A stretch of DNA of 64,000 nt from a virus. This document shows positions 43,356 through 53,900 of the stretch, in pieces. The translations under genes were made by a program, and so were the position numbers. The number at the start of each line of letters is the position of its first letter. The first letter of the stretch is position 1. Location: the IMG/VR virus record IMGVR_UViG_3300048088_000336, positions 1 to 64,000 of that record; one strand, 5' to 3'. The notes under the pieces are model-generated. The model saw nothing but the letters and a program-made list of their open reading frames with translations, was not told where the DNA came from and made no database searches.

Positions 43356-43500
43356 GGTGGCCGCAGGGGTGTCAAGGCCGTTGCCCGCAAGCTTCGGACG
43401 ACTCCATATGCGGTTAAGGTTCGCTCGGTCGGGCTTTTGGTGGCGGGCAGTTCCTCCCGGCTGCAATGAGCGCTCCTGCACGAGCCTGCGGCCACCTCCA
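43356..43500 (+). ncRNA. Candidate 145-nt small RNA with a 12-bp terminal helix and 3' UCCA
   Basis: TAGACT -10 at 43343-48; GGTGGCCGCAGG 43356-67 pairs with CCTGCGGCCACC 43485-96, then TCCA; inner stem 43381-88/43443-50. Confidence 0.5.
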
Positions 43501-43547
43501 GCGTGTCACTGCCGGTACAGCGCCCCCGGGCCTGCCACGATCACGCG

Positions 43548-45317
43548 GTGACGGTGACCCGCACACCCCGCCTGGGTGTAGAGCAGTGGAGTTCCGGCAG
43601 CGACTCGCCGTCGCGCACCGGGTTCAATCAAGACCTGCTGAACCTTGAGTCGAAGACCGCGATCGACCAGCGCACCCCGGCCGCCGCACTACCCACCGCC
43701 GCCACCACCCTGCCGGTAGGCGGGACGACACCACTAGTGGCGGCGGAGTTCTTCCAACGCACCCTGGATCTCGGTTCCGGTGCCACTGCTTACGCCCTGT
43801 ACCGCACCGACTCAGGCGGCACCTGGCACGCGCAAGCGTGGGTACCGGAGCGGCTGCTGGTCCGACCACCAGACACCGTGCCAGCAGTCACCGCTGAAGC
43901 ACTGCGGGTGGAGCACACCGGGGTCTCCAACGGGCCCGGCCTGTCGGTGTCCTGGGATGGCGCGGCGACACTGCGCAAGCAACTGATCCTCGGTGGTTCC
44001 GCCGACGGCACGGTCGGGCGACTTTCAATTGGTGGGCTGGATTCAATGCCCGCCGCTGTTCGGGCCCGCATCACCCCGGTGGGTTCTGAACGAGGCCTGG
44101 AGATCAAAGCCGGGGACGTCAACGTCACCGAACTACTCCGGTTGATCGAGTTCGGTGGGTCGACGGTGCTCACCGTCACCGGCGCCGGGCAGATGTCCAG
44201 CACTCAGGGTGCCGCGTTCGGTGGTACACCTCCGGCAGCGTCAGCGGCGCTGGCCGCGTCCCCCAACGCAACCGGAGCGATCAACACCGGGATCCTCGGT
44301 TACGGGCAGGAGACCGCGCCAACGCGGGTGATCTGGCAGGTAAACCGTTTCCAGCCGGGCAGCTCCGACGTCAACCCGATCTTCTCCGTGGCACCGAACG
44401 CCATCGTGATCGGCCGGGTCTCCTCGGACTGGACCGGGGAACTGGATCTCGGCGCCGCCCTAACCAAACTTTCCACGCCGCGTCTCGCATGGTTCCCCAC
44501 AGCCGCATCCCAGTCCGGGAGCACCCCGTTCAACCCGTTCCCCGGTATGACCGGGTTCGTCGGCATCGACGCCACCAACGGACTCAGCTCCACGATCAGC
44601 GCACTGCTCAACAACTACGGGGACCCCACCCGTGACGCCGCCCGGCTCTACTCCTACCCGTCGTCGACCGCGACCTGGACGGGGGACATTCAGCGCGGCT
44701 ACCAGGCTGAGATCATCTCCGGGGCCCCGGATGTGGCCCTGGTATCCCGCATCGACCCCCAAGGCCGGTCACTGGCCAACGCCCCGTGGCGCGGTTCCGG
44801 TGGCAAACCGGTCCAGTTGCGGGACCTGCGCCAAGGTGTGGTGCACGCCAGTAAAAAGATTTGGGTAGTCCCCGGGGACTACCCCGACGGGCAGTTCATC
44901 GCGTCGAACGGATCATTCACCTACGACTGGCCCACAATGACCGTGCGCTCGGCGTCGGTCACCCAGTTGGAAGTGGAGATGCGCCTGGAGGCTTTGTTCT
45001 TCAAACAGAACTCCGGCGCCAACCCCGACCGGCAGGTCCTGCAAATCCGGTGGTTCTATTCGATCGCCGGTGGGTCGTTCGTTTCAGCCGACCCCGACTA
45101 CCAGGAGGCAGCCGCTACCACAGTGGACTCCCCGTGGCCGCAGGCACCGGGGGTGCAAAACATTTGGACGGTGATCGTTCCGGTCACTGCGGCGGCCGGG
45201 ACCACGTTCCGTATGCGCATGCAAGCACTGTTGTACGCCTACGCCAGTGACGGGCGGTTGCGCCGGGCGGACCTGCGGGTGAGGGAATCCATTGTCGAGA
45301 CATATACGGCGGCCTGA
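43548..45317 (+). CDS. Tail fibre/minor tail protein
   Basis: TRTPRLGVEQWSSGSD.PSR..FN N-terminus; beta-rich; follows the baseplate genes. Confidence 0.75.
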   Translation: MTVTRTPRLGVEQWSSGSDSPSRTGFNQDLLNLESKTAIDQRTPAAALPTAATTLPVGGTTPLVAAEFFQRTLDLGSGATAYALYRTDSGGTWHAQAWVPERLLVRPPDTVPAVTAEALRVEHTGVSNGPGLSVSWDGAATLRKQLILGGSADGTVGRLSIGGLDSMPAAVRARITPVGSERGLEIKAGDVNVTELLRLIEFGGSTVLTVTGAGQMSSTQGAAFGGTPPAASAALAASPNATGAINTGILGYGQETAPTRVIWQVNRFQPGSSDVNPIFSVAPNAIVIGRVSSDWTGELDLGAALTKLSTPRLAWFPTAASQSGSTPFNPFPGMTGFVGIDATNGLSSTISALLNNYGDPTRDAARLYSYPSSTATWTGDIQRGYQAEIISGAPDVALVSRIDPQGRSLANAPWRGSGGKPVQLRDLRQGVVHASKKIWVVPGDYPDGQFIASNGSFTYDWPTMTVRSASVTQLEVEMRLEALFFKQNSGANPDRQVLQIRWFYSIAGGSFVSADPDYQEAAATTVDSPWPQAPGVQNIWTVIVPVTAAAGTTFRMRMQALLYAYASDGRLRRADLRVRESIVETYTAA

Positions 45318-45554
45318 ATGAACTACACGCATTTGACGGAGAAGGATTTCGCTGGGCTGCGCGCCGAGCGGATCACGGTACTTGAGGGGGAGCATTACCG
45401 GGCGACGCTGCGCCTGCGGGAGTGCACTGGGGTTGCCGAGTTGGAGGCGATCGGCGCCCAGTTGGAGGAGATTGAGCGGCGCATCGCCGTGCACGGTGAC
45501 GGCATGCCCGCGACGGAGGTCGACCCCGTGAACGAGGCCGCAGGCGCCCCGTGA
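45318..45554 (+). CDS. Hypothetical protein
   Basis: Abuts the fibre gene; 78 aa, helical. Confidence 0.65.
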   Translation: MNYTHLTEKDFAGLRAERITVLEGEHYRATLRLRECTGVAELEAIGAQLEEIERRIAVHGDGMPATEVDPVNEAAGAP

Positions 45555-45757
45555 TCTCGCCGCGACTGGCCAACGTTGTGATCATTATCGTCACGATTGT
45601 GTGGGTGACGTCGTTCGCCGTGTCCTTATTCTCCCTGACCTACAAACCGGACCCGCAAATCAACGTCATCTTCATGGCGATCACTGGCGGAGCGATGGCG
45701 TTGAAAGCCAAGCGCGGTGAAGGCGGACCTCCCAGCCCGCCGAGGCAGGCGCCGTGA
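45551..45757 (+). CDS. Small membrane protein
   Basis: Two TM segments; GTGA overlaps. Confidence 0.7.
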   Translation: MISPRLANVVIIIVTIVWVTSFAVSLFSLTYKPDPQINVIFMAITGGAMALKAKRGEGGPPSPPRQAP

Positions 45758-46362
45758 ACATTTTCTACGTCATCAACTCACTGGTGTGGTCACTGGTGGG
45801 CGGGCTGGCCGGATTCAAATACGGGCAGCTCTACCGAGACAATGTTGAGATTAAGAGGCGACTGAGCATGGTCGAAAGCGAACTCCCCGACACCCCCGAC
45901 GCCCCGGCGCCCGTCGCCCCGGTGAGGCCGCCCCGCTGGAAAGTTCTGCTGCACGAGCCCAGTTCCCGCCAGCTCGTCGGTGTCGTCGTCATCATCATGG
46001 CCGTGCTCACCGTGATCAGTGGCGCCTTCTACTCGCACCAACGCAACGCTGAAAGTAACTGCCAAACCGCGTACTTCAACGCCTACACCGAGGCCCTGCG
46101 CTCCCGCGATGACCTGGCCACCCGCTCCCGCGCCGGACTGGAGGCATACATCGCCGCCAGCAACGACCTGTGGCTCGGTTTCCTGAAGAACGCCCCCGTC
46201 GCCGGGGGCCAGTCCACTGACGCGCAGCGCGCCGCGAGCATCGCCATCCTCAACGACTACCTGGCGAAGTCCCGTGCCTCCATCGCCGACCTGCAAGAAG
46301 TGGACAGGGCCAAGCAGGTGTTCCCGATCCCCGCCAACACCTGCCCCGGTGCCCCCTCGTGA
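45754..46362 (+). CDS. Membrane protein (lysis cassette region)
   Basis: Two TM segments plus Cys-flanked helical ectodomain. Confidence 0.7.
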   Translation: MNIFYVINSLVWSLVGGLAGFKYGQLYRDNVEIKRRLSMVESELPDTPDAPAPVAPVRPPRWKVLLHEPSSRQLVGVVVIIMAVLTVISGAFYSHQRNAESNCQTAYFNAYTEALRSRDDLATRSRAGLEAYIAASNDLWLGFLKNAPVAGGQSTDAQRAASIAILNDYLAKSRASIADLQEVDRAKQVFPIPANTCPGAPS

Positions 46363-46967
46363 CGCGGGCCTTGCGCCCTGCCCCGCGTCGCAGCCCGTGG
46401 CGGTGGCTCACCCAGGACCGCCCCGCCCAAATCGCCGCCCTGGTCATGCTGGTCGCGGGAGCGGCGGTCACGATCGTGGACATGGGGGATCGGGACGCTC
46501 AAACCAGCGCGGCCAACGATCGGGTTACTCAGGTCTCCGCCGAACGTGACGTCTCCGTGGCCCGGTCACTGTCCCTGGCGGAGCAGGTCAAAGCCGCCTG
46601 CGCTGGTAGTGGCGCGATCGAACTCGGTGACGCGTGTCATTCAGCGGAGGTTGTTGTCGCCCAACCGATCCCCGGCCCGCGCGGCATCCCCGGCGCTCCC
46701 GGTGTGAGTGGCCCGCAGGGGCCACCCGGCGCGACAGGACCGACCGGGCCGACGGGGCCACCCGGTAAGGACGGCACCCCCGGAACCGATGGACGCAACG
46801 GCGCCCCCCCAGCGGGGTGGGTCATCGCCAACGCCGACGGATCAACCACCACCTGCGCTCGTGCCCGCGCCTTCGATCCGACCAACCCGCGCTACGCGTG
46901 CACCGCGCGCGGCCTGCCCGTCGCCCCCCGGGAGCAACCGGGCCCCCGAGTGGAACCGACACGATAG
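46359..46967 (+). CDS. Membrane-anchored protein with collagen-like GXY repeats
   Basis: One TM segment, [36 protein letters not shown]. Confidence 0.75.
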   Translation: MTRALRPAPRRSPWRWLTQDRPAQIAALVMLVAGAAVTIVDMGDRDAQTSAANDRVTQVSAERDVSVARSLSLAEQVKAACAGSGAIELGDACHSAEVVVAQPIPGPRGIPGAPGVSGPQGPPGATGPTGPTGPPGKDGTPGTDGRNGAPPAGWVIANADGSTTTCARARAFDPTNPRYACTARGLPVAPREQPGPRVEPTR

Positions 46968-46979
46968 GAGGCCCTGGCC

Positions 46980-47333
46980 TTGTTAGGTTTCTGTCTGCCC
47001 CTGTACTGCAACCCTCAAGGCCCTAGCCTGCCGTTCGGCACCTGGTATTTGGCGATCTACGACACGGTGCGGGTGGGGTGTGTGGTCGCCGCCCTGATCC
47101 TCATCGGCCGGATCGGGGTCGCGTGGCGCCGGTCATACCGTCACGGTGGGCAGCGGGACCGGTACCTGGCGCTGGCACTGTTCGCGTTCATTGTCGCCGC
47201 TACGGAGATCTCCCACATGGGTGACATCGCCTCCTACCGGTTGGTGGTCACAGCGGTCGCACTGGGGTTCGCGCAGCGCGGCTTGCGCCGGTTCCCGGGG
47301 GAGACCTTGTCGGTGCCAAAGGGGTCGGCCTGA
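46980..47333 (+). CDS. Membrane protein
   Basis: SD AGGAGG; three hydrophobic segments. Confidence 0.65.
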   Translation: MLGFCLPLYCNPQGPSLPFGTWYLAIYDTVRVGCVVAALILIGRIGVAWRRSYRHGGQRDRYLALALFAFIVAATEISHMGDIASYRLVVTAVALGFAQRGLRRFPGETLSVPKGSA

Positions 47334-47381
47334 TCGGCGCGTCTACCAGGCATCGGGGCGGGCACGCCCGATGATGACGGC

Positions 47382-47795
47382 GTGACCGAAGACCGCCCGC
47401 TTGACGACACCACTGCCGGGTACGGGCGGCATGAGGCGGCGGCTACAGGTTCGTCGCTCATGCGGCTTATCCAGCGGATCCAGACGCAACACCAGATGAT
47501 CGGAGATCTCGTGGCTACCGAGGCAGAGCAGATTCAACGCCTGAAGGACGATGTGGGCGGCTACGTGAGCGCCATGCGCACGAAGGTGCAGTCCCTTCAG
47601 GATCAGATCACGAACCTGGGTGGGCAGGTGTCGTCGGCGGCGGCCGATCAGATGGGCCGCGACGCCCAGGACCTGTCGGACAGCCTGGACACCTTGGAGC
47701 AGGCGTTCGCTCAGGACGTTCCCCCGGCCGCCCCGGCAACCCCGGCCGACCCGGGCACGGGCGGGACGACGGACCCAAACGCCCCACCGGCATGA
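47382..47795 (+). CDS. Coiled-coil hypothetical protein
   Basis: Heptad pattern; start uncertain. Confidence 0.6.
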   Translation: MTEDRPLDDTTAGYGRHEAAATGSSLMRLIQRIQTQHQMIGDLVATEAEQIQRLKDDVGGYVSAMRTKVQSLQDQITNLGGQVSSAAADQMGRDAQDLSDSLDTLEQAFAQDVPPAAPATPADPGTGGTTDPNAPPA

Positions 47796-47938
47796 TCAAG
47801 AAGCTTCTTGAGCTGGCGGCAGTGAAGAAGCTGCTCGACTGGTGGCGCAACCGCCACCAAGGCAAGGCCGGTAACTAGACGTCGAGCCGGGGAGGGTGGC
47901 CGTCCCTCCCCGGCCCGACACCCCCATCGGGAGGACTC

Positions 47939-48904
47939 GTGGCGCACCCATACCTGGGCGACGTGCTGTGGTCCGACGTGTCCGAGTTCCAAACCGAGGT
48001 CACCGACCTCTACCCGTTCAACGCCCTGTGCATCCGCTCCAACGACGGCACTCACCGTGACCGGAATTTCATGGCCAACTACGCGTGGTCATTGCGGGCA
48101 CTGGCCGCCAAACGCCTCAAACTGTTGATCGTCTACGCGGTGTACCGGGACAACTGGCAACAGACCGTGGCCACTATGCAATCCATGGTCGGCACCCCGC
48201 ACCGGCGCATGGCTGTGATGATCGACGTCGAATCGTGGGGCGGGCAGATCACCGGGAACCACTCCCCGGGAATCAACGCCATGCACACCGCCCTATCCCA
48301 GTGGCTCGGCAGCTACAAGCGGGTCATCGGCTACGGCAACACCGGGGACCTCAACGCCCTGTGGCCGGTCAAACCCGTCGGGGTGCGCATCATCGAAGCC
48401 GCCTACGGATCCAACCCCGACTACCCCGGCAAGATCGGCCACCAGTTCACCGACGGGCAAACCAAGGACCGCATCGACGTGCCCCCGTTCGGATACGCGG
48501 ACGCTGACTCCGCCGACGGCTACGACATCGACGCCCTGTGCGCCGCCCTGGGTATCGCCCCCGACCCCGCGCCCGCCCTAGGAGACCCCGACATGCCCGC
48601 CAACGAATGGCAAACCACCCCGGTGGCCACCCAGCACGCCGTGTGCTTCCCCGTGGGAGAGAAGGTGTCCTCCCTGATCACCCAAGGCTGGTTGTCGATC
48701 TTCCCGGCGCAGGACGCGGACGTGCACGTGGAGCTTTACGGCGGTGGCCTCAAACTCGCCGAGTTCACCGAGAAGGCCCCCCAGCGGGACCGATGGTGGA
48801 AAGAACTGCCCGACGGCACCGAGGGCGCCCTGGTGACCATCGCGACCCGCACCAACAGTGTCGCGGGCTGGTGTTTGGAACTGAAACCGAAAGCGAGTGT
48901 CTGA
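47939..48904 (+). CDS. Endolysin, GH25-like muramidase
   Basis: DVSEFQ, IRSNDGT..D..F..NY, MIDVESWGG, HQFTDG; SD GGAGG; followed by the holin. Confidence 0.8.
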   Translation: MAHPYLGDVLWSDVSEFQTEVTDLYPFNALCIRSNDGTHRDRNFMANYAWSLRALAAKRLKLLIVYAVYRDNWQQTVATMQSMVGTPHRRMAVMIDVESWGGQITGNHSPGINAMHTALSQWLGSYKRVIGYGNTGDLNALWPVKPVGVRIIEAAYGSNPDYPGKIGHQFTDGQTKDRIDVPPFGYADADSADGYDIDALCAALGIAPDPAPALGDPDMPANEWQTTPVATQHAVCFPVGEKVSSLITQGWLSIFPAQDADVHVELYGGGLKLAEFTEKAPQRDRWWKELPDGTEGALVTIATRTNSVAGWCLELKPKASV

Positions 48905-49446
48905 TGGGTAAGTGGATCGGCCGTGAGGCCGCGCAGTGGCCGCACCTGGTCGGCATGCTGGCGGTCCTGTTCACGCCCCTGTTGCACCTGACCACCGACC
49001 AGTCCGGTGCGCTGATCGCGGTGATTGTCGGTGTCACCGGTGGGGCGACAGCGGTCAGTGTCGGTGGGGAGAAGGCCGCCCCCCTGGTGGCCGGGCTGAT
49101 GAAGGCCGTGCTGGCGGTCGCTCTGGCGATCCACCTGGACTTCTCACCGGGCGCGCAGGCCGCCGTGATGGTGTTCGTGGAGGCCATTGTCGGCTGGTAC
49201 CTGCGCACCCAGGTCGTCGCGCCGGTGCCACCGATCCCCGTCGTCGCGCCTCCCGTGGTGACACCCCCGGTGGTGGCCGCGCCGGTGACGGTGACCCCCA
49301 CCCCGGACCCGCTGCCGGTGACGGTGGTCGCCGAGGCCGTCCATGGTGCCCATGAGGCGCCTGTCGCGACAGGGCCGGTGCCTGCGGTCGGCTACCTCGA
49401 CGACGCGCCGTTGGGGCCACCTCAGGGGGGCCCGCTCGCGCCGTGA
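48904..49446 (+). CDS. Holin
   Basis: GRE..W, four TM segments, LRTQV.AP end; TGATG coupling with the lysin. Confidence 0.75.
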   Translation: MGKWIGREAAQWPHLVGMLAVLFTPLLHLTTDQSGALIAVIVGVTGGATAVSVGGEKAAPLVAGLMKAVLAVALAIHLDFSPGAQAAVMVFVEAIVGWYLRTQVVAPVPPIPVVAPPVVTPPVVAAPVTVTPTPDPLPVTVVAEAVHGAHEAPVATGPVPAVGYLDDAPLGPPQGGPLAP

Positions 49447-49799
49447 GGAAACGGATCCAGCAGGGCACGTCCCGGGTGGTGTCAGCTCGCGACATTGTCG
49501 ACGACAATGACGCACCGCTGGTTGTCGAGGGGTGGCACGTGCACGGGGTGGCGCGGGCGAACCACTCCGAGGGGGCCCTGCTGGCGGAATGGTCGGACAC
49601 CCCCACTGGCGGGCAGGGGAGGGCAACGGCGGCGGGACGCACGGTGTCGCTGTTCATCACCCCGGAGATGTCGTCCGCGTGGGTGTGTGACCGGGTCGCG
49701 ATCCAAGCGAAGATCATCAATCCGGGCGACCCGGATGACCAGACCGAACGCATCATCGACGAAACCTACGACTTCGACCTGGAGGCAGTGTTCACGTGA
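49443..49799 (+). CDS. Hypothetical beta-sandwich virion protein
   Basis: IQQGT..VSLFITPEMSSAW pattern; GTGA coupling. Confidence 0.6.
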   Translation: MRKRIQQGTSRVVSARDIVDDNDAPLVVEGWHVHGVARANHSEGALLAEWSDTPTGGQGRATAAGRTVSLFITPEMSSAWVCDRVAIQAKIINPGDPDDQTERIIDETYDFDLEAVFT

Positions 49800-50113
49800 C
49801 CGCCCCAACCCTGCACCGCGACTGGGTGTGCGCCAAAGGCTGCGGCTCGGCCGCCCGCACGGTCGATGACAAACTCCCGCACCACCGGTGCAAGCGCATG
49901 GCCGGACTGATGGTGCCCCTGATCATCGCCGGAACCAAAGCGAAGGTCGAAACAGTGCAGCGCGGCGACTACGTCGGCAACGACCTCGTACAACGCGATG
50001 CCGACGGCAAAGTGTGGATGTCCACCGTGGTCACCCGAGATGAGGGTCAGGACTGCACGGTCTACGCCCCTTGTGCGACAGCGACCGTAGACAGAGGGGA
50101 AGTGCAAGGGTGA
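49796..50113 (+). CDS. Hypothetical protein (C..C, HHRC)
   Basis: GTGA-coupled ORF. Confidence 0.65.
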   Translation: MTAPTLHRDWVCAKGCGSAARTVDDKLPHHRCKRMAGLMVPLIIAGTKAKVETVQRGDYVGNDLVQRDADGKVWMSTVVTRDEGQDCTVYAPCATATVDRGEVQG

Positions 50114-50433
50114 CCGACCACGAGCGGGAGCAGGCGCGGCGCGAGGCCGTAGCCGCCGTCCCGGTGCACGAGCGGCAAGTCGAGGCCGCGCAACAGCGCG
50201 TCGACGGGGCCACCGCGAAGATCGCGAAGTTCAACGAGCACGTCGAGGGCTTAACGGCTGACCTGACAGCGGCGCAAGAGAACCTCGCTACCGAGCAGGC
50301 GGACCTCCAGGCAGTGCGGGAACGCGCGGCGGAGGTTCTCGCCGAGGGTCCGGTCGCGATCAGCGGAATCGAAGTTCGGGCGGTCGCCGGGGTCGCTGGT
50401 GCCGTGGCTGAGGGCAAGGGTGGCGGTAACTGA
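50110..50433 (+). CDS. Coiled-coil hypothetical protein
   Basis: GTGA and TGATG coupling on both sides. Confidence 0.6.
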   Translation: MTDHEREQARREAVAAVPVHERQVEAAQQRVDGATAKIAKFNEHVEGLTADLTAAQENLATEQADLQAVRERAAEVLAEGPVAISGIEVRAVAGVAGAVAEGKGGGN

Positions 50434-50927
50434 TGGCATGGTCCGCGAGCAAGATTTTCCGGGCCTACCTGGCCGACGTGCTGGACAACACGACCGCCCT
50501 CGATTTGGGTTCGGACGCGTTCAAAGCCGCCCTCTACGACAACTCGATCACCCCCGATGAGAACGTCACCTCCGCGAACTCCGCCTACGGTGGCGCCGGT
50601 GTGTGGACCGCCACCGGCAGCGGCAGCGGCACCGCCCAGGTGTACCAGGCCGGGCAGTGGGCGCAGGCCGGTGTCGCACTGGGCAGCCCGGTCATCAACT
50701 CCGGCACGTCAGATGTGGTGTTCTTCGACGCCAACGACACCGCATCCGGGGCCGCCGCAACACTGAGCAACATTTTCGGTGCCCTGGTTTATGACACGAC
50801 CGTGACCACACCCGTCACCCAGCAGGGGATTTGTTTCAACTACTTCGGTGGCACCAACGCCGTCACCAACGGCACCTTCACCTCCGTATGGAATGCCCTG
50901 GGGCTCATGCGGATCACCATCACCTGA
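50433..50927 (+). CDS. Minor tail/fibre-associated structural protein
   Basis: DLGSDAFKAALY..VVFFDAND..GALVYD..YFGG..TNGTFT..WNALG. Confidence 0.7.
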   Translation: MAWSASKIFRAYLADVLDNTTALDLGSDAFKAALYDNSITPDENVTSANSAYGGAGVWTATGSGSGTAQVYQAGQWAQAGVALGSPVINSGTSDVVFFDANDTASGAAATLSNIFGALVYDTTVTTPVTQQGICFNYFGGTNAVTNGTFTSVWNALGLMRITIT

Positions 50928-50965
50928 TCCGAACAAACAAGGGGTAGACGGGCGGGAGGCTGACG

Positions 50966-53900
50966 GTGGCTACCCGCCTGTACTTCAATAACACCGCAGC
51001 CCCTTACACCCCGACCACCATTCGGGGCACGTGGAGCGCCACTGGTAGTGCCGTCGCGAAACTCCTCGGCGCAGCGCACGATGCTGGTGCGCCGACCACC
51101 ATCGGGATCGCCGAAACAAACACATCAGCCACTTTCAACGTGCTGTGGGGACGGTGGATCTCCGCGCCCGCAGCGATCAGCGGGAACCTCTCCGGTGTTG
51201 TTTCCTGGGCGGTAGGCGTCAAAGAGTCGAGCGCCAGCGCACTCGACGTCCTACGGGTACACATCTATGTCACCACGGGCAGCAGTGACACCCCGCGCGG
51301 CACCCTGCTCACCAACTACACCGACACCGTCAGGTTCACCACCACCGCTGCCGGTATTTCATCGCTCGACGTAGCGATCAGCACCGTCGCGGTACAGGCC
51401 GGGGACCGCGTTGTCGTCGAAATCGGCTACGAAGCACAGAACACTTCAGCGACGTCATTCACCGGCACCATGAATTACGGCGGCAACCAGTTCTTCCGGG
51501 ACCTGGTTGCCGCCCAGTCCTCAGGAAGTCACGGCACCGACCCGGCCACCCGCTACGGATGGGTCCAATTCTCCGACCCGAACAGCGTCCTGGTCGCCGC
51601 CCCCACGGGCGCTGCGAACCGTTGCCCCAACCCGGCCGCAAAAACTTACCAGGACTTCTGGTCAACCGCCGCCAACACCACGGTCACACAGCCCGCCGAG
51701 ACCGGATTCAGTCGCACCACCGGATTGCACGTCGTCATTGGTACGGCAGGCGACCCGTCTATTCAACCCGCTGTGGTTCCGGCCGCCGCAGGGGAAACTT
51801 GGTCAACCTATTTCGAGGCGAAAGGGTCGGTCACCGCAGGGAACACCACAACATGCTGGCTGAACTTCCTTGACGCCCGAGGCAACTTCCTCACCCCCAA
51901 CCCTTCCCAAAACGTCACCCTATCCACCACCGCGCAAGCAATCACGTTCTCCAACTACACAGCCCCCACCAACACAGCCTATGTTGGCGTATCCCTTGAG
52001 GGCACCGCAGCGATTGGTGACACCTTCGACGTCACTTGCGTCCGCTACGACATCGCCGCCTCGATCGCCGCCTACGCCGACGGTGACACCACCGGCTGGT
52101 CGTGGGATAACGCCCTCACCGACGGCGACTCCCCCTCGCGGGCCCTGCCCGCCACCAATGCCAACGCCGGGAACGCCGCCGCCACGGCAACCGCCCAGAC
52201 TCCCAGTCCGGCAGTCGCCCCCGTTCCCACCGCGAGCACCGCGAACGCTGCTGCCCAGAACCCTGGCGGCGCGGCTTCCACTGGCGCGGGCGTGGGCGCC
52301 GGGAGCGCGGCAGCGAAATCCCCGAACCCCAGCGTCGCCCCCACGGGCGGGGCCGGGGCCGCCAGCGCGGCGGCGCAAGCACCCAGCGTGTCCGTGTTCG
52401 CCAACGCCGGATGCGCTGGCGCGACAGCCTCCGCCCAGAGCGCAACCGGCACAGTCGCCCCCACTGCCGGGGCCGGGGCCGCCAACGCGGTCGCGCAAGC
52501 CCTCAGTAGCACTGGCGCCGCCACCCCCACTGCTGCGGCAGCGACTGGCACCGCACCCACCCCGGCCGCGAACATCGCCGCGCCCGCTGGCGCTGCGACG
52601 GCCACCGCTGTCGGACAGTCCGCCACCACCCAGATCTCCCCCACTCCCACGGCGGCCGCCGCGACTGGTACGGCGCAGCAACCGGGTGGAACCGGCAGCT
52701 CCACCTCCACCGCCGCGACCGCCAGCGCAGCCGCGCAAACACCCACCCCTGCGGTAACGGCGCCCGCAGGAGCCGCCACCAGCACCGGTACCGCCCCGAC
52801 TCCCGCCGTCGCCGTGGCCCCCACCGCCACCGTCAGCACAGCCACCGGCGTGGCGCAGGGCGCGAACTCCACTGGCGCGACCACCGCCCAGGCCGCTACC
52901 GCCAGTGCGGCGGGACAGTCCTCAGCCGGAAGTGTCGCCGCGCCAGCGGGGGCCGCCACAGCGACCGCCGCCGCGCTGAACTCGGTCGGGGTTGTCGCCG
53001 TCAGCGCGGTGGCCGGGGTAGCTGGTGCGGGCGCGGCGGCGGGCAATGCCAGTACCACAGCCGCTGCTGGCGCCGGGTCGGCCAGTGCGACCGCGAGCGC
53101 ACCAACGCCGCGTGCGAATGTCGCCCCCACCGCCAGCGCGGCGACCGCCAGCGGAGCGGGCCTCAACGCGGTCGGGGTTGTCGCGGTGTCCGGGTTCGCT
53201 GGTGCCGCTGGGGCGACCGCTGCCGCGCAACCGCCCGGTGGGACGGTCACCGCGACGACGAGTGCGGCGGCAGGTACCGCGACGGCGCCCGCACCCACAC
53301 CGTCGATCGCCCCCACCGCCAGTACAGCCACCGGCAGCGGGGCAGGTTTGAACGCGGCCGGGGTCGTCGCGGTAGCCGCGCCCGCCGGTGCCGCTGGGGC
53401 GACCGCGTCCGCACTGAGCCCAGCACCGTCCATAGCGTCCACTGCGGGGCCCGCGTCGGCGACGGGTGCCGCTCTGACGGCCGCCGCGTCCAGCTCACCC
53501 ACGGCCACTGTGGCGGCAGCGACCGGGCGCGCCGAGGATCCGACCGCCACGATCACTGCTCACCCCGGTGCGGGTACGGCCACCGCCACCGCGTCGAATC
53601 CGGGCCCACTGGTCGCCCCGGTAGCCGGGACCGCATCTGCTACGGGTGAGGCGTTCGACCCACTCACCTCGACCGCGACGGTGACGTTCGCGGTCGCCGG
53701 ATGCGCGGGCGCCACCGCCAGTGCCGCCAACCCTGGTACGACCGTGACCAGTCTCGCCGGGACCGCTGCGGGCACCGGGACGGCGCCAACACCAGGTGGC
53801 GCGGTCAGTACACCGGCCGGGGCGGGAGCAGCCGTCGGTGCCGCCCTGGCGCCTACTGGAAGGGTCGGGGCGCAAGCCGGGGCAGCCACAGTCAACGCGA

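Noticed and set aside
43356-43500. Canonical tRNA or tmRNA
   Set aside because: No cloverleaf or anticodon arm and too short for tmRNA; kept only as an ncRNA candidate.
30233-45317. Extracellular contractile injection system or tailocin
   Set aside because: Portal, capsid, protease and terminase are present, so this is a phage.
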